From the NCBI GenBank assembly GCA_024679065.1, contig JAGIQG010000006.1, positions 83,638,001-83,702,000 on the forward strand: DNA of 64,000 nt, given 5' to 3'. The DNA comes from Sphyrna mokarran. Taxonomy: Eukaryota. The notes beneath the pieces were generated by a model that saw only the letters and a program-made list of their open reading frames with translations, searched no databases and had not been told where the DNA came from. This document shows positions 52,126-64,000 of the stretch, piece after piece (positions within the stretch are counted from its first letter, which is position 1; each line of letters begins with the position of its first letter). The position numbers and the translations under genes are program-made.

Positions 52126-53974
52126 AAGAAATGTTTTCCTTTCTGTAAATGTAGGTGATTCATTAAGATTTAAATGTTATGGCTAGAATGTTCAGTCTGT
52201 TGCTGTCTTCATCGGAAACTGTCATCCTGATATTAAGATTGGCAATTAAAAATGTGTTTTCATCATTCCCTTGTTCCCTCAGTCACATATTTTAACTTTA
52301 ACGACTGGAAGCAATGGCATGATTTTATTCTTCTTTCAAAATGCACATGGATGATAGTAATGACATGAAAAATCTGTTGTGATGGCTACATCTAGATTGA
52401 CCTCTGCTTACTTTGCAGTGTTTAATGTGCCTTGATGAGAACATATAGTTCTTGGAAAATACGAAGAGAAAATAGACAAGATGTTGAGAAAAGCCAGGAC
52501 ATTCATGCATCCCCAACAGCAGAGAGATATGGCACTTTAGACAGTGTGGCGTATAGAATAGGACAAATTGGAATTTTATCATTAACACTGCTAATTTCTC
52601 GAAACACTACATTGGATTACTTGAGGGCAAACTATTCATGAGGATACAGCAAATGCAAAACCACTTAATCCTTAGGCAATGGTCATGGGAGCAGGGAATG
52701 ATGAACAGCAGTTAAATTTTGTGAGCAGCATTCCACCAGCTTTACAGATACTAATGAAGGAGTTTTGGAAGGAATACAAGTAGCTAATGATTTTGTCATC
52801 CGGGAATAGCTGAGCAATAACACGTTGTATTCTCCCAAAGAAGAAATTACACCTGGAAAAATGGCCATTTCTCTGCTAAATGAAGATGAGGCTACTTGGC
52901 TGTTCCCTTTCCCTTTCGAATGTGCAGAGGGAATTAATAGCCAGCTGTATCAACAGCAGTAGTCAAGTATCTTGCCTGTCCGCACATTTATCTGCTATTT
53001 CAATGATCATAGAACAACAAAGGAGTTACTTCACTCATGGTTGCACCTTCTTCAACCACTCATTATAAGACTGATTCCCTTTTGGATGCTAAGTTGATGG
53101 ATATCCCTGGCCTCAGCAATGAGCAATGGTATTTATTATGCGAGAACAGTCATAGCACTAAACTGGCACCCGTTTTGGCTTTACATTAAAAGTGATTCAA
53201 CAGCAAAGTCATTTGGCACAATATTTCGAGATCATTATCCAAACAACTACAGATGACTGGCACAGCTTTGCAGCCTCCGCTGCCAGTCTACTGCTCAGAC
53301 CTCTGCTGCTTCCAGCACAGCGAGTCATTCTGTGTGAACTGAACTTCTGTTTTTCCATGAATACGTTAACAATGAGTATATGAATACAATGTTCAATGTG
53401 TCTCCTCGAAATCAAATTAGTTTTTAAAAAAAAGATTCAGTCGCAGAAAGAAAATGCTACCGTTTCCAGAAGCTTCAATGTGCATTGTGCCACGTTGCAT
53501 TTCATAATCATAATCATAGATATGTAGGTATAATTAGTTGTTTTAATACTGCCCCTTTTGATTTCCATTGTACAAATCCAAATGCTCTGCCATTGAAAAT
53601 CAGTTGTTCCGAAGTTGACTGTCCTTAACAGTTTCTGTAATACTCAAATGATATGGGATTAAATGGGAGGGGGGGCTAACCCCTTCAAAACAGGCTTAGA
53701 GATCCCAGTACAATTAGCCTCTGCCTTACATTCCAGGCAAGCAGCATGCTAAAAACGTACCGCCTGCTTTTTTAAGATAATTGCAGAGTGCAGTAAGCAC
53801 TTTCTGCACTATTCATTGACTATTTGCATTGGAAGAAGACTCAATATTGTGAATGGCTATTGTTCAGAGTGTAAGAAATGGGTCATTTGCCCCTTCTAGT
53901 CCCTTGCAATAAAATCACCACAATCTAATTTTGGCTTTAGTTCCATTTTCCTGCCTATTACCTGGTCACTGACA

Positions 53975-54245
53975 TTGTGGCACAGTGGTAATGTCACCGG
54001 GCTAGTAATCCAGAGGCTCTGGCTAATGTTGAGGGATGAGAGTTCAAATTCCACCATGGTAGCTGATGGCAAAAACCTATGTGGTTCACTACTGCCCTTA
54101 CCTGGTCTGACCTATATATAGCTCCAGACTCCAGCAGTGTGCTTGACTCTTAACTGCTCTCTGAAATGACATCGCAAGCCACTTAGTTCAAGGGTGATTA
54201 AGGATCTGGGTGAGCAATACCCATATGCTATGATAAAATAAAGAA
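53975..54245 (+). mobile_element. tRNA-derived SINE family B
   Basis: gtggcacagtggtaatgtcaccgggctagtaatccagagg...gagttcaaattccaccatgg...ccttacctggtctgacc. Confidence 0.8.
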
Positions 54246-54379
54246 AAACAACTTACTTCAGGGATCAATGCTGAGGGCAATGGAATACCAAATGCTCTTT
54301 CTCCTTCCATACATCGCTCCCATCCTGCAATCTGTGTGAAAAGCTGCAGGTAATGTAAGCATCCACTTCTTACATTCTC

Positions 54380-57300
54380 TCCTCCCTGCACCACAACCTA
54401 ATCCTTGTCTTCTTTTCATTTCAGAAACTCAAGAATAGGAACTTTTCCAGTCAGGTAAGGAAACAAAAGATGACAGTGAGCATGACGAAATTGTCAATCT
54501 TACACTACTGCAATCAGCTTAGTTATGGGTTGTATGTATTTCAGAGACTAGAAAAGAGCAGAATGAAAGATGAGTTTGAACACTATTACCATTGCAGATG
54601 AGGACTTTGGTGAGCAAGATTACCCAAGAATGCTGATGTGTATCCATAAACAAATGTTTGCTGTATTGGAGAATCAGTCAGGAAGCTTGCACATAATCTC
54701 GAGGAGAATGGAGGAGCCAAGTTTCAACTTGACACAGAGCTTGTTCCAGCATCTTAGTACGATATCTTCCACTGCGGTATAAACAGCTGCTAAAGGTCTG
54801 AGTGTAATATTGAAGCTCACACTGCTGCCATATTAGATCCGCTGTTCATAAAGGACTTCTACAGCATCATAGTAGAGAAGCCATACCTTCTCTAACAGGC
54901 TAGTAGGACATTGCCCCTCAATAATGGCAGTGGCTGCATGAAATATAAACCTGCTTACCTCTCTCAGGACAGCAGTGTTCCAGCTCCCATCCCTTCCACT
55001 CTGCCACTACCCCTGCTGTTGCCCAGCAGCCAGCCAGTTTGAAGTGAGAGCTAAACTAAATCCCCCAATGCCCTACCTTCTGTCCTTAATCAGTGTGCTT
55101 ATTTTTGAAAGGATAGTTACGTGTGATTAGAAGCCTCTTTTTGTGTGGCCTAGTGATATTATCGCTAGACTACTAATCTGGAAACTCAACTAATGTTCTG
55201 GATCACCAGGTTCGAATCCCACCATGGCAGATAGTGGAATCTGAGCCATCCCTCCCTTCCCCCACAAACTCCCTGATCCCCATCCATATCCACCTATTCC
55301 AATCCATATTTTCCCAACTATCCTCCATGGCCCTTCACACTCATATGCCAACTTAGTTCTCCTCTACCCATGCCCATTGCCTCCAAACCTCCTACACCAA
55401 CTTGGTGCCACCCAGTCCCATTGCTGCTCACATCCCTATGCCAAACTAATGCTAACTATGCTAGGTCAAGCCGCCCTCCCTCCCAACTTTTGCTCTTAAT
55501 CCCTCCATGTAAATTCAGCAGGTATTCTCGGATAATTACTTGATGGGTTTGAAAGCTTTTTGACAAGCTGAACATCTGGACATCTTTGATAGCTTGAACA
55601 TGTCTGACACATCCTGGATAGCTTTGACAGGGTTTGACACTTCCTGAACAGCTTTTACATTTCTTTGACAGTTGACAACTCTTTAACACTTCCTTGACAG
55701 CTAGACAATTCTTTGACAGCTGGACAGTTCTTCAGCATTTCAATAGTTTCAATGAGCTTGCATGTTAAAAAGCACGTTCACTTTTAACAATCCCAAAGGT
55801 ACCTTACCTCTCCCAAAGGTATTTCTGAATCCTATCCAAAGAGGTACCTTACCTCTCCAAAGGGGTACTCTGACTATTCAAATGCACCACCAATTGCAGA
55901 CCTAATACTCTCAGTCTGGATTCTGCACATCTGTTCTATCAAAATCCCACTTCAATGAAGGCAACTGGTGATTTAAATAGCTAGCTACCTCCAAGGATTG
56001 CAATTGTGTGACCCCTGGTCCAACTCCAATCCCACCCCCATCAAGATAGAAAATGCAGGGCTCAGGGGTATGACTTGGAATTTGAAGTTATTTTCAGGAT
56101 GGAGATGCTGTCTTCTGTTATGAAGATCCAGACTGTAGAATCCAGAACTCCACTGTCTCCATGTTTTGGAGCTTCAAACAATGGCAGGCGTGAAGTCCAC
56201 AAAGGAGTATTGTCTAGGCTTGGTCATTCAAGTGGGAGGCCCCTATCCAGTGTGATTCAATTTGGAAAAGTCTTGAAGCTTGGTAGTCTGGATCAAGGTT
56301 GCTAATGTCACCTGATACCCTTGGCTGTCAACTTAACAATTCATCAGTGTTGGTTTTTAAACAAATAAAGATAGTTCCAGAAGCTTCCATATGAGCAGAG
56401 TCCATGTTTACAATTATGAAAATGCCATGCTTTTTACTGAGAATGGCACTCCTCAATTACAAATTAGGAACCTTCCATCACAGAAACTATTCATCCTGCG
56501 GCCACGAGGAAAACACTCCCATGGCTGGACTAGGAAAGATAAAGGCGCATTGAAGGTGCGGACTAAGCGATTACACAAGGGTGGTCAGTTTAGTAAGGCA
56601 TGCTGAACTGTTGGTGAATATTAGTATCGTTTTACTGCTGATGAAGGGTTGTGCAGACATGAGTTGGCTCTATTCTCTCTCCACAGATGCTGTCAGACCT
56701 GCTGAGATTTTCCAGCATTTTCTGTTTTTGTTGTTGATGAATTACTTGATATGTACATCTGGGTAGAAAGGAGCTATCATCATTGTAACCTCCCTTCCTC
56801 TCCCTGTTCCTCCAATTCCCATTGAACTTTCTCCTTCTTTACTTCATCTTCTTCCTCCTTTTCCTCTTGCTCCTACTTCTCAGCTGTTGTTTCACAATGG
56901 TGAGGTTGTACAGCATGCAGCATACTATCAGAAATGCTGGTACCCTCTCAGCTGAGTATTACAATTGAGTAAGGATGCCTTGGATATACTCTATAATGTT
57001 CTTTATAACCAGATGGCTCTCATTATAGGCCTGCTGTGCAAATGTGCATGGGTTATAGATCAGAATCATGGGTTATTTCATGAACAGATAAACCTTGTCA
57101 CTCAACAGCCAGTGCCTGACTTGCTATGGTGGTTAAACTCAAGCGACATAAAGAATTGCCAAAGAACTAGGAAAACATGATCTTTTTTAGATTTAGGACA
57201 TTGAGCTGTATAATGCACTCCCTTTGGCTCCGCATCAACTGTACATTGAAGAACTGAAATTCCTTCAAGCTCACGTGAGGACACATGCAAGGTTAAACAT

Positions 57301-57560
57301 GGCTGCAGTCAATGCCACCCTGCAATTGTGTAAATCCCAGGCTTACTCCACTAGCCAAAAGGAAATTAGATTAAATTGTTCCTCTGTGCGCACACAGTCT
57401 CAGTGAGGTCCTTCACTCAGCTGCACAAAGTGTTGCTGATATCTCTGCTAACACTCTGGAAAAGCTGGAAGTATAAAAGTTAAGAGCTTTGGCGGCCACA
57501 ATGCTGTTCTTGCAGGAACTGGCAGACTTCAATCATAAACTCTTTACTGAAGAGAAGATA
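54380..57560. mobile_element. Second decayed Harbinger element: HARBI1-like transposase remnant on - (about 56890-57560), accessory-gene remnant on + (about 54380-55050), with nested insertions
   Basis: Minus strand: GFTQLQGGIDCSHV; KEFQFFNVQL; HWLLSDKVYLFMK*PMILIYNPCTFAQQAYNESHLVIKNIIEYIQGIL; FLIVCCMLYNL. Confidence 0.75.
55555..55735 (+). repeat. Degenerate tandem array of TGACA(G) units
   Basis: 8 TGACA cores in about 180 bp, plus variants. Confidence 0.7.
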
Positions 57561-57589
57561 CTTCATGGATTCATCTTCACTGGGGCTCA

Positions 57590-58530
57590 GGGACACAGAA
57601 ACAGAGATCAGTTATTTGGCCCTTTGAGGCTGCCCCATCACTCAAGAAGATTATGGCTGATCTGGTTGTGGTCTCAGTCGACTTTTCTGTCTGCTCCCCA
57701 TAATCATGACACTCTTGCCTAATAAAAATGTCTACTTCGGCCTTAAATGAACTGAAAAACCAAGCCTCCAATATTTTCTGGGGAAGAGAATTTCACACAG
57801 CAATGACCCTTTCGGAGAAAACATTTTTCCTCATCTCAGTCTTAAAAGCGAGAGTTCTTATTTTTAATAATATGCTCTAGAGCGTTAACCTGGGCCTCTG
57901 GTCCAGTGACACTGCCACTATACCACTATCTCTACCAAGGTTTGATAACCCTTCAGTCCCTCCTTCCCTTCTAGCCCTTCCCTGCTTCATTCTCCAAATC
58001 ACATAAGAACATAATTGAGAAAATGGGAGCAGGAGTAGGCAATTCAGCCCCCAAGTCTGCTCCGCCATTTAATATGATAATGGCTGATTTAATCTGGTCC
58101 TCAACTCCACTTTCCTGCCCATTCTTCATAAACCTTCAACGTGTTACTAATTAAAAATCTATTTCTTCCTTGAACTTACTCAATGTCTCAGCATCCACCG
58201 CATTCTGGGATAGTGAATTCCACAGATTCATGACCTTTTGCGTGTAGTTTCTCCTCTTTTCTGTTTGAAATCTGCTGCCCTTATCCTGAAACCTTTCATT
58301 TTGGATTGTCCCACAAGAGGAAGCAGCCTGTCTATGTTTACCCTTTCAATCCTCTTTATCATCATATATACCTCAATTAAATGTCCCCTCATTCTTTTTA
58401 AGTTTCGAGAGTGTAAGCCTGAACCATTCAAACTCCTTTCAGAAGACAAACCCCTCATCTCTGGATCTACTAAACCACTTCTGAACTGCCTCCAATGCAA
58501 CTATATCCCTCCTTAAATAAAAAGGCCAAA
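57590..58530 (-). mobile_element. Two adjacent CR1 LINE 3' fragments
   Basis: ORF track MRGLSSERSLNGSGLHSRNLKRMRGHLIEVYMMIKRIERV; cataagaacata tail. Confidence 0.85.
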
Positions 58531-58790
58531 ACTGCTCCAGGTCATGTTCAATCCCCAGAGGAACCCCACCACCCACCTATATATAGAAGCCACTTGTTTC
58601 AGTGTAAGATTTTAACTGAACAGAAAAGTATTTCAGCACCAGCCAGAACACTCAGTACAGATTATTCAAACTTCAGCCAAATATAGGAAAGTTCCAAAAA
58701 CATGTACAATTGCACAAGAAGACAGAAAAAACAATTCAACAACTAAAGTGCAAATAACTCTTGATCTCTTTAAATGATACTGATTGGCAA

Positions 58791-58821
<31 letters not shown>
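58791..58821 (+). repeat. G31 homopolymer
   Basis: Counted directly. Confidence 0.9.
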
Positions 58822-60019
58822 CGAAGAGATCCTTCACTCCATTGAACCCACGTTCAACTGTTCAGTTAAGATAGGGTGTTGGCTAGAGTGTACATTTGAA
58901 AAATGGCAGTGAGGTGTGTGCCAAAATAGCATTGTACACTGATTTGCATTAGCTCTGCAGAATGCCTAGGGTTGATTGGTGCACATGCTTTATCCTAGAC
59001 CGTGTTCTGCACACATTTCCCTGGAAGTATCCAGGCACATCTCAAATCTCAGCTTTGAGCATTAGATGGTCAGACAGCATCTAATAAATGGAAGTGGAGG
59101 GATGTGTATGTGGGGACAGAGGCCCGGGGAGGGGGGTAGGGGGAGGGGTACAGTGATATGGAGTCCAATTTTATCTTCCCTCTGTGCATCTCATGGTTAG
59201 GGAAAGTTAAAAAAAAGACTCATGATAAATCATTCCGATGTAGTGAACAGTGAAATGGGCCATATTCAGGCTCAATTTTTTCACCATTGTTCATGGTTTG
59301 CAAGTTCTCTCCTGCGGGCTGTCAGCAGGTGGACGAAACAATCACTACAGAAGTGAAAATGAAAATGAGGGGATGCACAGTGCACCGTGCAAGAAAACCA
59401 TCCTTTTATACTTGGCTGAGATTTTTATGTAGTTTAAATAGAAACAAATTAAGATATTTAGCTGATGGTTGTACGAATTATAAGCCTGAGGTCTACAGAA
59501 GGTCTGAAGACAAATCTGATTCACCAGTATTGACTCATAGATTTGTCATATGTTGGCTGACTGACAATTTGACTTTGCTTTGCATTGGTCATTTCTTCAT
59601 CAGTTTGGCACGACTATAGATTGGCTCTGTTTGCACGCAGCTTTTGGTTACTGTAGCTTTCACTTTTAATCCTTTTTTATTAGAATGTTTCAGCTGTGGT
59701 TTTGTGTTGTGGGCAACCACTTCCACCACAGTACAATCACTCCAAGTTTGATCTCTATTAAAAGGAATTGCTTACCAAGTTAATACCCATAATTTAAAAA
59801 AAGCATGCTGTGTTGGTTTAGTGAGTGAAACACATTCCGTCTGTTGAACTGTTAAGTGAGCAGATGGGAAGGTTGACGTGATGTGACATCACTTACCGCT
59901 GTCTCCTTGGCATCGCTTTCTGCTGGAAAAATGTGAAATTAGGAATGTACAAGATAGAAAAGACAGGCATGAATCTGTGTCATAGCATGTTTGGAGGTGA
60001 GAAAAGTATGTCTTTACTA

Positions 60020-61240
60020 TGGGATCAGAAACTCAGCTTGAAGTTGAACAGGGGATAGAGACTGTGTTCAGTCTGTATCATCCTAGTTCACTGGCCAATG
60101 AGAGGAATGAGTAGGTCTCAAGGATATGAAGTTAGTGATGGAGACTGAAAGGAGTGGCCTCAATATTCAGCTGGATTTACATTACAACTTAACCAAGGCT
60201 GGACTTTGGGGCATTCACCTGACAGCCCAGAAACAGCATGGTGGTCCAAAGAGCTGTTGGAGAGGTAGGACTGAACTTTTGATGTCCATATAGAAACTGA
60301 CCCCATCTCTATCATTGATATTGCTAAGGAGTAGAATGTACTTGGAGAATTCCTAGTGGGCTCCTGAGGTGATGGCAAGAGGGAGCAGAGAGAAGCCATT
60401 GGCACAGATTTGCTCACTATGATTACAAAGAGTGAAATGAAGCAAGTCAGTTCTACTAAATTGGACACCAAAGGAAAGCTGTTGGAGAAGCTCAAAGCAT
60501 TTGGTTGTGCAAAAGAGAGGATGGAAGACAATAGGGCTGATGGTAGAAGTTAAGACACAATCACACAGTGTACAATTCACGCCTTTGGTAAAGACTTGGG
60601 TGGAGGGGTTGTAGTTTTGTTAGGAGGTCTAGTGGGCATTGGAAAGGAATGAAGCAATAAAGGAAGCTGAGTGACTGGTTCAGTTCTATTTAATAAGGAG
60701 AGTGCAAGTGCAGGAAGCAGCAGAATGGAAGTTAATTGGTAGTGAAAATGTTGGGAGTGGGGGGTTTAGTGGGTAGGACACCAAAGATGGAAGCCAGAGA
60801 ATAGTTAAATGAATCAATGGCTGCATGAAGATTGGCAGTTGGGAGTTTGTAAGTTCCTTGGAGTGTGTGTTTTTTCGGTGTGGATGCAATAGGAAGTGCT
60901 TGGAATGTTGTAAGGAAATGCGGGTGATGAGGTGGAAGAAATATGGAATAAGGCCTTGTCAGTGAGAACAATGGGGTAGAGAGGCTGTAGGAACATTTAC
61001 ATGGAGGAAGATGTTTAGGAAACATTGGACTGTTAATTCAGAGGAAGAGAACCAAGAAGCTGAGAGCGTGTTTGAAATAACTGAAGAAACTTGAGTGAGG
61101 CTGCATGGTGACTGGCATCATGGATTGTAGAGCTCATCCTCAGGGAATGAAAGAGCCAGAGATGTGCAAAAGAATGACAACAGAATGAGAGGAGCAACCA
61201 AGGATGATTTGGTGATAAGGGCCAAAGCACCACCCCAATA
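60020..61240 (-). mobile_element. L2-clade LINE ORF2 remnant
   Basis: Purine-rich plus strand with gagcagagagaagccattgg and gtggtccaaagagctgttggagagg; the minus strand shows decayed RT-region text. Confidence 0.6.
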
Positions 61241-62156
61241 ATCTGAATGGAAACACAGCATGTATAAACAGTGCAATAAGGTAATGGTAACTCTCTGTTA
61301 ATTTTTAGTCAAAGCTAGATATTAATACAACTAACAACAACTTGCATTTATATAGCACATTTAAAATAGATAAACTGCTGAAGCAGTTCATAAATAAAAA
61401 ACCAGGGATTATTAAGAGAACTGACAAGAAAAAATGGTCAAGACTGCATTTTCAGTGGGTTGTTTCAGAAGGAGAAAGTAGTGGAGGTGGTGGAATGGAC
61501 TTTGACATTGTCGAGCCAACATGGCTAAAGGGACAGTTTCCAACGATGGAGCAATGGAATGGTAGATACACAAGAGGAGAAAGTTTAAATAACTGAAAAT
61601 GAGAGTTGAGCTGCAACGTCAGAGCAGGTTAAAGGGTTAGGAGAGTGAAATATTTAAATATAAGGAACAGAAAAAGATACTAACAGTATGATTGATTTGA
61701 AGAAACTGATTGAAGAGAAAGATTTAAATCAGTGGTATGGGGTGGAGTTTCAGGCTTAGACTCAAGACAATGGTTCACTCCTCTTAATCATGCATAATAA
61801 GATCATGTTCACAAATAAATTAATATTCTGAGGAGAAACAGGGAAAGGGACAATGATTCTTGAGGAGCAAAGTTCCAACCTAAACATTCTAGCCTGGATT
61901 TTCCACAGGATACACTGCCACCTCCAGCACAACTTGCCCAATGTTGTCCAAACAGCTCAAAAGATTGACGAATGTTTGATGCAAATCACATCCAGTGTAA
62001 ACAGACTTTTCATTAGCTTAAAAAACATCATACTAGAAACTGGCCTTGCCCATGGAGCCGTCAGATTGAATTAATCACCATTGTGAGTTTCTGCTCATTG
62101 CAAATGTTGGTAGGCCTCAAGAAGGTACTTGAAATTAAGCAACGTTTAGGTACAAG

Positions 62157-62325
62157 GATGATGTGGAGATGCCAGCGTTGGACTGGGGTAAACACAGTAA
62201 GAAGTCTGACAACATCAGGTTTAAGTCCAACTGATTTATTTGACAGTAAACTCGCAAGCTTTCGAGTTTACTATCAAATAAATTGGTTGAATTTAAACCT
62301 GGTGTTGTCAGACTTCTTACTAAGT
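62157..62325. mobile_element. Penelope P1 fold-back: 126-bp near-perfect palindrome (62196-62321)
   Basis: agtaagaagtctgacaacatcagg...gtaaactcg caagcttt cgagtttac...cctggtgttgtcagacttcttact. Confidence 0.85.
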
Positions 62326-62829
62326 GCAAAGACACATAGGTACCTTCTAAAATATGTTAAACATTTTCTTTCTATTTACTAAGACACTGGTACATCAATA
62401 TAAACAGTAAATTATTCTGTATAGTTTTAAGTCATCTTCAATTATTTGAAATCGGGTGGTTTTCCAAGCATAGTGATTCAAAATGCTAATATCTTGAGAT
62501 CAGTTAATTTTTGATTATATTAGGCAATTGCACCAGCTTATCACTTAAAGAAGTCAAGGAATATTTTTGAATACAAAATATTAACTAAAATAATATCTAA
62601 AGCACTGGAAGATATTACTTTCAGAAATATGCAAATAAATTTGATTCTAAACTAGGGTACAAGTACCTTTCTGGAGACTAGGTGAAACTCCCAGTCCCTA
62701 CATTTAAATGAGCAAATACTGATTATTATTCTAAATTTCCTGTGTAATTTCACAAGTCTGTGCCACCTGCCAGAATCCTTTGCCATTTGTAGTATAAACT
62801 CAGGAATTAAGTTATATCTGATTGCAAAA

Positions 62830-63755
62830 GGATCTTGATCAATTGGGCCAGTGGGCTGACAAATGCAGATAGAGTTTTATTTAGATAAAAGCGAGGTGAA
62901 GCATTTTGGTAGACTGAACCAGAGCAGGGCTTACTCAATTAATAGTAGGGCATTGGGGAGAACAAAGAACAAAGAACAGCACAGCACAGCACAGGAAACA
63001 GGCCCTTCAGCCCTACAAGCCCATGCCGCCCATTTTAACCCTCAGAGTGTTACAGAACAAAGGGATCTAGGGATACATATTCATACTCCTTGAAAGTGGA
63101 ATCACAGGTGGACAGAGTGGTGAAGAAGGCATTCGGCATGCTTTGTTTCATTGGTCAGAACATTGAATACAGGAGTTGGGATGTCTTGTTAAAGTTGTAC
63201 AAGACATTGGTACGGCCACACTTGGAATACTGCGTGCAGTTCTGGTCACCCTGTTATAGAATGGATATTACTAAACCAGAGAGAGTGCAGAAAAGATTTC
63301 CTAGGATGCTATCAGGATTTGATGTTTGAGTTATGGAGAAGCTGGATAGACAGGGACTCTTTTCTCTCGAGTGTAGAAAGCTGAGGGGTGATCTTACAAA
63401 GGTCTACAAAATAATGAAGGGTACAGATCAGCTAGATAGTCAATATCTTTTCCCAAAAGGAGCAGAGTCTAAAACTAGAGGGCATAGGGTAAGAGGGGAG
63501 AAATATAAAAGTGTCCAGAGGGGCATGTCTTTCACATAGAGGGTAGTGAGTATCTGGAGCAAGCTGCCAGAGATAGTAGTGGAGGCAGGGACAATTCTGT
63601 CTTTTAAAAAGCACAGTTACATGAGTAAAATGGGTATAGAGAGATATGGGCCAAACATGGGGAATTGGAATTAGCTTAGAGGTTTGAAAAAAAGGCGTTA
63701 TGAACAAGTTGGGTCATAGGGCCTGTTTCCATGCTGTAAACCTCTATGACTCTAA
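62830..63755 (+). mobile_element. CR1 (HER1-like) LINE RT C-terminus and 3' UTR, with a short inverted insertion at about 62960-63040
   Basis: ORF track QVDRVVKKAFGMLCFIGQNIEYRSWDVLLKLYKTLVRPHLEYCVQFWSPCY; tail ctctatgactct. Confidence 0.92.
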
Positions 63756-64000
63756 TTCCTATATTTTTATTTTATGGTCATTGTTAATTAATCAAAACCG
63801 TAATTTCAATTTCACCCCTTGAGTGCAAAAGAATAGTCTTTAAAATAATTGGAGTAATGGCTCAATTGGTCTCTTTGGTCTTACTTGCACTCCATTTCAT
63901 CAGGCACGCTCTGGCCAGAAGTGTCAGGCCTCATGCAGCTCACGGCATAATTGCAAATCACATTTAAGGAATGGTGATGCTATTCAGACCCCGCTTTACA

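Noticed and set aside
63090-63539. Host protein-coding gene on the + strand
   Set aside because: Frameshifted CR1 reverse transcriptase C-terminus.
38870-64000. Upstream ADAMTS19 exon (spacer end, WTHTSWEDCDATCGG-like)
   Set aside because: Searched by eye on the minus strand and not found; presumed beyond 64000, but a miss cannot be excluded without tblastn.

Overview
Eukaryotic, AT-rich, CpG-depleted vertebrate DNA. The repeat content (HE1-type V-SINEs, Deu-domain SINEs, CR1/HER1-like and L2 LINEs, Penelope-like elements, Harbinger remnants) points to a cartilaginous fish such as a shark. The whole window lies inside the 3' half of ADAMTS19 on the minus strand. Four coding exons splice in frame with GT-AG boundaries (38734-38869, 31981-32185, 24780-24932, 3871-4048) and encode the C-terminal thrombospondin type-1 repeat array; I did not find the flanking exons in the window. 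Almost all listed ORFs are spurious or lie in decayed transposons. The most interesting unexplained signals are: a well-formed frame-shifting microexon or alternative last exon at about 59.9 kb; a minimal hammerhead ribozyme with an intact core on the pre-mRNA strand (20596-20631); a pre-miRNA-shaped hairpin (32981-33038); a 50-bp inverted repeat 17 nt from an exon donor, inside a local CpG-retaining domain; a 28S rRNA-derived insert; and a probable solo LTR splitting a SINE. Repeat family names come from recalled consensus motifs, not database searches, and repeat boundaries are approximate.
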